A stretch of 64,000 nucleotides of DNA. Origin: Chrysomallon squamiferum (taxonomy: Eukaryota; Animalia; Mollusca). Numbering within the stretch: the first letter of the stretch is position 1; each line of letters begins with the position of its first letter. The position numbers and the translations under genes were made by a program. The notes beneath the pieces were generated by a model, which was not told the origin of the DNA, made no database searches, and saw nothing but the letters and a program-made list of their open reading frames with translations. Location: the NCBI GenBank assembly GCA_012295275.1, contig CM022673.1, positions 4,712,001-4,776,000 on the forward strand, written 5' to 3'. This document shows positions 55,370 through 64,000 of the stretch, one piece after another.

Positions 55370-57810
55370 TTTTCAGTAATAAAGAATTGTTCAGAAATCC
55401 CTTTATTATAAGATTTCAAAATAAGACAAAATTTTGTTTTTATTTTACTACAGTATTCATCTGATAGGGTCCTTTTTTTTTTTTTTTTATAAATTATTAT
55501 TATCTTTTTAATCATTTTATTTTTGTCTTTTTTCATTGTTAGTAATACAATTCACTTGATATGGATATTATTAAATTGTACTTAACTGAAGGTTGACTGA
55601 AATAGGTTCTTGGTTTTTATTATTATTATTTTAAAACTTTATTTTTTTAAAGAAATAAAATTAAAACTGGAAGGAAGGTAATTTTATTTAATAATGCACT
55701 CAGTGTTATGGTTATATAACACTGAACATGTGGTTATGAATCACTTAAAACACAAAATAGGAATTCTGTTGTAGGGATGACAACAAACATTTCAAACTTT
55801 CCAGCAATAGCAAAACCAGCATCTTAGCATTAAGTATTTTTTGACTGATTAACAAAAACCAACCACAGAAATTAATTTCTATTGTTTTTACATATAACAT
55901 GAATAAAAAGAAAAGAAAATGAGACCTGAAGATGTATATGAGATTGTTAAAATAAGTAATAATTTAAAATTACAGACTATACCAAATATAAAAAGCAACC
56001 CAGCTGATCAATAAATAAAGTTAAAAAAGCATTCATTATCTAAATCATCCAAAATACAAGAGCAGACAATTAAAAAAACCAGTATGTGGGTTATGTAAAT
56101 TGTAGTTTAAGACAATCAAATACTGAGATTCCAGACTGCTGATCTTGTGTTCAAATGTCAAGTCAATTCAAAATTGACTTTTATCAGGATGATTTGAAGC
56201 ATGTTCTCATCAAGATTCCCCTCAGACTGCATCAGACAGAAATTGAATATGTATATTTTGATACATATCTTCAGATGAAATTCCAAGATTGTTTAGCAGA
56301 AAAACAGAAACTTTGTTTGAAAAAAGTCAGTAAAAAAAAAAAATCAATCCTTTTCCAAAAATGAATTGTATATGCAAATTGCTTCTAATCAAGGCTGTGG
56401 AGCTGTTATTCCAAACAAAAATGGGCAGACAGAGAAGCAATAGATTCAAACACAAGGTAATCCAGAGAAAATTTTGTGACATGAAGTCTGGGATGTGAAG
56501 ACAGTGTTACTAGCCTATCTAGGTATTGCTGCCTTGTCATGGGTTACTCTTTGCCAAATGCAGCAAAAAGTCTTTGCATGCACCCTCCCATAGATGGGAT
56601 GTGAAAACACAATGACCTTAAGCTATCTAAATGAAATGTAGGAAAATCACTTAGTACACACATGTATCTATCTATATCTGTCTGTCTGCCTGCCTGCCTG
56701 CCTGCCCTACCTACCTGCCTACCTGCCTATCTATTCATAGATACACACACAACACATGCATGGTACATGATTAACTGATCATTACACAATCAGTATTTTA
56801 CAATATTTTACAGTTTCTTCATTTCATTAACAGAAAGAAACCTTCAGAGACAAAATATATTTTTAAAAATTTTTTTTTTTTAATTTTTTTTTTATAGCAG
56901 CCCTTGTTTTCTTAATTTTTCTCACAAATTCTGAAAGATGGACAGAGAGACCGCACAATAAAAAACATTGCATGCACTGAAATCTAATAAAGACCCCACA
57001 CTGTCAAACAAAATGTGAATATTTCAGATAATCGACGTCCATGTAATCTAATAAAATAATCTTTCAGCTGTGTAACCTCCATGTATTTTGATGGGACTAT
57101 TAAATGATTTTTTCTTGTAAGTGTCAGTTTTTGTTACTATTTCAGCTTCACATATCTAGAGAACCATGAAAAATATGTATGAAAGTGCAGAGAAAATGGG
57201 TTTTATCTTATGGTGATAATAAATATTATAATAAAGAGAGATTCTTCTATTATTTTTCTCGATCTCTCTTTTTTTATTATCTTTGTATCTTGAGCTCATA
57301 AATGCTGACATGTCACCATCATAAAATGAACCAATATAATTTTAGTTTGTAACAGTAAAACAAAATAATGGAAAGGTTAATGAAGAAGATGAAGGTAATA
57401 AATATTATGAATATGAAAATATTTTATTTCTTGTCTTCAATTCTCTATTTCACTGTGTTGCGTTTTATGAATTTTTTAGGTTTTGTTTTATTTTAATTTT
57501 GTTAATTTTTCAGTTTTCTTTCCCTTTTCCTTTAAAATAATCAAAACCAAGAATCCACTATTGATAAGCTTCAGTTAACTGAGCTGTAAAGTTTAATAAT
57601 AACCGTTTCAAGTGAATTATAATACTAACAATGAAAAATGACACAAAACAATTAAAAAGATAATCGTAATTTTTTAAAAGGACCCTATCAGATGAATGCT
57701 GTAATAAAATTATTATTCTGTCTTATTTTTCTTTTAGAAATCTTATACTATCCATTACATTAAATGATACATAATGACAATGAAATTTCAGAACAATAAA
57801 ATTCAACAGT
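55370..57810. repeat. Long-range inverted repeat, arms ~55370-55620 and ~57540-57810
   Basis: tattttactacagtattcatctgatagggtcctttt pairs with aaaaggaccctatcagatgaatgctgtaataaaat; ttcattgttagtaatacaattcacttga pairs with tcaagtgaattataatactaacaatgaa; ttcttggtttt pairs with aaaaccaagaa. Confidence 0.85.
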
Positions 57811-58106
57811 CACTGATTAAAATGCAAGACATAAAACAAACATTTTTCCTTCTGTTCCAAAGACACATATTAGACAGTTGTATTACCTTTATGTTTTACT
57901 ATGCCAGATTTTTAAAAAATGTTTAAATGTCATGTTTTATTTCTGAGGTTAGAAATCCTGGAGTTTTTTGTCAGGGAACAAGAAGCTTGTGTATTAATGT
58001 CTGTCTACCTGTCTCTCTGTGTATGTTAACTTACGCATCACTGACCATTTATGAAATAAAGAAACATGGATACATCGATTGCTACAGATTACAGAATGTA
58101 AAACTG

Positions 58107-58765
58107 AGGCTAAATCTACTGACTGTAGGTTACAGAATCAGTATAGAATCAAGGCTAAATCTATTGGGTGTAGGTTACAGAATCAGTATAGAATCAAGGC
58201 TAAATCTATTGGTTGTTGGTTACAGAATCAGTATAGAATCAAGGCTAAATCTATTGGTTGTTGGTTACAGAATCAGTATAGAATCAAGGCTAAATCTACT
58301 GACTGTAGGTTACAGAATCAGTATAGAATCAAGGCTAAATCTATTAGGTGTAGGTTACAGAATCAGTATAGAATCAAGGCTAAATCTGTTGGCTATGGGT
58401 TCAGAATTAAGCCTACTTATTAAGCCTAAACTTATTATCAGTATAGAATCCAAAATAATTACAGAATTTTCCTAAATTCAACCAGTATAGTGCTTTACTG
58501 TAGGTGAGTTGTTACAGAATCAGTATAAAGAGCTAAATCTACTGACTGTAGGTTTCAGAATCAAGTATAGAAAAGGCTAAATCTATTGGGTGTAGGTATA
58601 AAAGAAAGTATAGAATCTAGCTGTTAACTGTAGGTTAAAGAATAATCAAGGCTAAATCTATTGGGTGTAGGTCAGAATCATAGAAAAACTGACAGGTTAC
58701 AGAATCGGTATAGAATAAAAACTGGGTGTAGGTTACAGAAAAATAGAATCAAGGCTAAATCTGTT
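58107..58765. repeat. 45-bp minisatellite (about 6.5 clean copies, then degenerate copies)
   Basis: Unit ggttacagaatcagtatagaatcaaggctaaatctattgggtgta; it explains the 15-aa repeats in ORFs 57927-58475 and 58079-58423. Confidence 0.95.
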
Positions 58766-59589
58766 GTAAAACAAATTCAAATAATTGTTATCAAAAAGTT
58801 TCTTTTAAGAAAAGTGTGTATAAAAGAAATAAATAAATAAATAAATAAAACAAATTCAAATAATTAAATAAATAAATAAATAAAAAATAAATGAAACAAA
58901 CAAACAAAGAAAAACCAAAAAAAAAAAAAAATTAAAAATAACAATATATATATATAGAATTATAAATTTAAAAAAAAGAGAGAAAGAAATAAATTAACTC
59001 CTTCCAGAAAAAAAGAACACTGCAACCAAGAAGAACAACAGCAGTAGCTTTGTCCATTAAACAGAAAAGCAAATTTGTACCAGTCATGTAGAACTAATCA
59101 AAACACTGATAAGGATTGATCCTGAAACCCCTCAAATGTCATGCAAACACTTTACAACAGTAGTTGACAAAACCACCATAGCATCAAATTAAACTGAACC
59201 CGGATGAGAATATGCACTATATCAGACTTGTATTAGACTTGAGTGAAAAATCGTAAATAAGATAAATAATAATAGAAATCTAATTATCAGGAATGAAATC
59301 TTCTTAAGAAACAACCGTTTCACATATATATTAATATGTTATTATGTTATTAATGCATATTAAATACAGAATCCATCAATTAGGTACAGATTAAAACACA
59401 GGTTAATAACATCTAACTATTTACTGAAAATTTTATCTTCTGATTTACGACATTTGTAGAAAATACTGCCATGAATTGGTGCAGTCTGTAGTAATGATTG
59501 CATTTCACATATCTTCGAAGAAAGAAAGTTTTAAACAATCTTTGATATGAATTTGTGTCGTTAAAACCTATTTTATATATTTTTGAATA

Positions 59590-59990
59590 AAATAAGATTT
59601 ATGGACTGGAATTCATATTAAAAAATTTTAATATCAATAAACCTAAGAACTGAAAAATAAGGATTAGAAACAGATTTATGAACTCAGATTCATATTAAAA
59701 TTTTTTAATATCAATGAAAATTGAAAATTAAAGAAAAGAAACAGATTTGTGAACTCAAAATCATATTAAAATTTTTTAATATCAATGAACCTAGGAATTG
59801 AAAAATAAACTGAAAAGAAACAGATTTGTGAACTCAAATTCATATTAAAATTTTTTTTAATATCAATAAATCTAACAACTGAAAATAACTGAAAAATAAA
59901 AAATATAATTGTGTTAAGGACACAAATTCATACAAAAAACGTGGTTATCAATAGGCCTTGAAACTGAAAATAAGTGAAAGAAACAGGTTT
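59590..59990. repeat. Degenerate 70-80 bp tandem repeat, ~5 copies
   Basis: The anchor agattt.tg recurs at ~59596, 59672, 59742 and 59822; the four clearer units contain catattaaaa(a)tttt(t)aatatcaat. Confidence 0.8.
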
Positions 59991-61885
59991 ATTCACAAAT
60001 GATTGGCATTCAATTATGGCAGATAGGATGAATCAATGAAAAGAAACTGTAGTAATTGTGAGAGTGCTAATTTAGTGGCAACACTGCAATAAATCAGAAA
60101 ATGTCAGTTTATTTTTGTTTTCCACACACTGGTTTCAAGGTTACTGAAATAAATAAAAGTATTGGCTGTAATTAATTCTTGTCCAGCAATAAAAAGGTGA
60201 AGTATTGGCAATAATTAAATGATCTCAGACAATTATCACTGGTTATTGTTTTGTTTTTGTACAGTTATAGGCATTTACGCAGAATTGAATAGTGAGAGAA
60301 AGAGCTGTTAACATTGAATTAATCTGGAGTCATGTGTATGACGCAATTGTATGTGTGTGTGTGTGATGCATGTCTGTGTGTGTGTGCATGTGTGTGTGTG
60401 CGCTTGTGTGCATGCTCACATATGCATGTGCATTTTGCTTACACATATAATACAAGGCAGATTTCTTCATTTTTTTCAAAATAATTTAAGATATTAAACA
60501 GTGTGTGTCTGTTCAGATTTTATATTTTCTGTTCTGTTTTTGAACAAATGACCCATCTTTATATTAAAACTGGTTTAGCAACCTGACTGATAAAACTGTA
60601 TGTATGAATTAAACTTCAGTAATTTCTGAGTCTCCAATATAACATCATATTTACAGAAATACACAATATATCTATATATCTACACTCACACACACACACA
60701 ATTTTCTATTAGTCTATGTTATTACTTAGTTTCTGGACATTAAAATAGAACATAACCATTAACCATGTAAAACTTTACCATTAAAGCATAATGTAATCTG
60801 ATATATATGCATATTTATGTAAGTAATTATACTGTTTGTATAAAGCAATTTACTATCTTATGATGTTTAATTACATTTTAGAGAAAACAAAATGAGCTGA
60901 TTTTTTTTTGATAAATATATAACAGGGAAAAGAAGTATTTCAAAGAACAGAAGTAATGAAAGAATATTGAAAATATATAAAACAAAAATTGAATAATATG
61001 GGAGTCTAGGTACATTATTAAAATGTATAGGTTTCTTATATTTTTTTAATTAATAACTGGTTATTAAAATATTTAAATATTTACTGACATTACTGCAGAC
61101 TGCATAGCAGGTCAAACTTGCATTCATTTTAAACATTTCTTTGTTACTGCATGATATTTAATAGCCTTTGAAAGTTTGGCTTTAAACTTAATAGTAATGA
61201 TGATGATGATAATTATAATAATAATGATGCTAATGATATAATGATTATAACAATAATAATAATGACAATGATAATAACAATAACAGTAATAATAATGTTG
61301 AAGATGGTCATGATTTTAATATCAATTATAATAAATAAATAAATAAATAAATAAATAAATTAACAGAATGTAGAAATATCAACAGTTTTTTTTTATTAAG
61401 ATGTAACAACATAACAGACAACACACAAAAAACAAACAAATGGAACACGTACATAAAAATTAACTCAGTCCATGACAAAACATTTTTTTTTTCTTTTCCA
61501 CAAATCACACTTTACTGAATATTTCTCATTGCAAATGAGCACCCTATATAAGCTAACTAGGGCACTAGAATGGCCAGGGTTTATTTGCTAAATCCCTTTA
61601 AGTTCTTCACTGAAAACACAAGAAATCCAGTATCTAATCCAGGATTTATTCAGATTATCTCAGACCTTGTTTCTGTTCGTCTGGACTGGTTCAGTGTATG
61701 ATTATATTAAATACAATGTCTTACCAGCATAATGTTCTGTAGACTCTGGTAATATTCTTCATTTTCTTCTTGTTATTGTTGTTAGAATTTAAAACTGATA
61801 TTTATTTATTTATTCATTTTATTTTAATGTGATTTTGATTTTAGGGATAAATAAAAAAAAATTGAAAATGTGATAACTAAGGATA

Positions 61886-61933
<48 letters not shown>

Positions 61934-62755
61934 AAACAGTGACTTTTTGTATAAATAATAATAATCTCTGCATCACCCACCAGATAAACATATTTTTACT
62001 TTTATGTACTAGACTGCTGTGGTGTCATCAAACATTAACTCACCCTTGCAATAATTTTAAAATTAAAAAAACAACAGTCTATGTGACAAAAATGTATAAA
62101 ACAGCATGCATGAAAACTGAAAGGGTTTTTAGAACCTTTATTTCAATATATTCTTGGAAATAAAAACAACAACATTAAAACCAAACCAAAAAACCCCTCA
62201 AAACAACAACAAAACATTCTTTCCCAAAAGGAACAGTGTTTTGCAGTTGGCAGTAGTATTAACTGTTATGCTGATGAGGTATCAGCTCTACAAGTTGGTC
62301 GTCATAAAGACCACTTAGCACATCAATGATATGATGTATCTGTGACAATAACACACGAAGAAAGAATTCATGATCTGAAGGTTTCACTCAGCTCTCAGCA
62401 AAGAGAAACATCCCCTAGGGAAACTGTCCTGTAATAAGCAATGTGTGACAATCTGGTTTCTTGCTGATTGTCCAAATGTGAACAATCAGTGAATGATCTG
62501 TGATTCTGTTTTGTGTGTAGAAGAGAAATTCGGTTTTAAAGTAAAGAATATCTTAACTTAGATGCGACTGGCATCACTTCATGTTCTGTCAGAGTGGTGA
62601 AATGAAATCAGTGTCTTTATCATCTTCAATAATCTATAATAGCCAATATTTCAGACTTTATTGTGTTTACTTGTTGTTGTTTTTTTGGAGTGGGGAAAAA
62701 GAGCTAAATTTTTAGAAACAAATTCAACAGCTTTCGGTTTAAATATGACTGTTTT

Positions 62756-62899
<144 letters not shown>

Positions 62900-64000
62900 A
62901 TAATATATATTTGTGGTCAAGCCAGAAATAAATATTACTTAAATAAAATACACATTACTAATAATTCATTATGTCTGTTTCATTATTAGCCTTGTTTATC
63001 AGCTGACAATGTTTACTGGAATACAGCTATTCACAAGGATGGACTATATGCCTTGTAAATGTGAGTGCTGCTAACACCTGGCTTGAAACATTTCACTGTC
63101 AAGATGGACAGTCCAAGCTGATGACAAAACTTTTAGAAATACATGACTCACAGGCTTTGTACTGATCTGATGGAATACTGAAGCAATGAAAACATTATAT
63201 GATATACCAGAGATTGTGTTATAACTGGAAGTATTGTGGCCACTGGAATAGTGACTACAGACAGAGAAGTCAGAATTTACTGAAACCATTTAAAGAGATG
63301 GAACCGTTGCATTCTGAGACTGGTAAAACACCACAGCACTTATCTGACCTGTGACAGCAAGACCAATACATATGAAGATTACTGGTGACAGTCTGATATT
63401 TCAAACAAACAAAGACAATTACTATGTGGCCTTGGTTTAGATGTAAACAGATCTTTTACTTTCATCATCTCTTTGTTTTTTTTTGTTTTTTTAAAGGCTT
63501 CTCTGAGATTTCAGCATTACACACAGTAATATCAGAGATATATAAACATCTTTTGTCTGTGTTTTCAAAGGTAAATGCTTTTCTTTCACTTTCAGGATGG
63601 TAACATGCGTGACTCACCCACACCAACCCACCCACACTCATACTCACTCACTCACTGACTTTAATACATACATGCACACAATACTCATACACATGTGAAT
63701 GGCAACATAATACAAAGTCTTTCAAGAACAGTTCCTATTTATGTGTACAAGATCTATTCATGGAGACATTAGTACTGAAAAGCAGAATGTGGCATTGTTA
63801 AGTATTTAACACGAAGAAGCCACAGTCGCAGTTGTCTGATTACACATTAAGATGATGATAATAGGTCCATGAAGCTTGGTTTTGAATACATATTGCAGAT
63901 TATTCATTTGTGAAGATAACAGACACACACACAGAAACAGAGACAAACTCATATTTAAGAAAATATAGAGATATAATCTGCACATGCAGATACAGAATTA

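Overview
AT-rich, intron-rich animal (eukaryotic) genomic DNA; the repeat landscape suggests a mollusc, probably a gastropod, but that is inference. Reading GT-AG boundaries and frames by hand gives six protein-coding genes. SLC23/NAT-family transporter (minus, 11 coding exons in view, 3' end runs off the window start); NDUFA10 (plus, complete, 398 aa); METTL6 (minus, complete, 274 aa); RAB18 (minus, complete, 204 aa); SPC25 (plus, complete, 232 aa); and the last six exons of MLH1 (minus, ending FERC*). Introns hold two Tigger-type TIR elements, SINE-like fragments, minisatellites and many microsatellites. Most short ORFs in the ORF track are microsatellite or low-complexity artefacts. I see no clearly new biological system. 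The least explained region is the 18 kb upstream of MLH1 exon 14 (45.9-64 kb). It has no recognisable MLH1 exon but contains a chain of candidate minus-strand exons with a 46-aa spliced ORF and a ~250-300 bp long-range inverted repeat. Other leads are non-canonical substrate motifs in the SLC23 protein and a possible antisense 3' overlap of SPC25 and MLH1.
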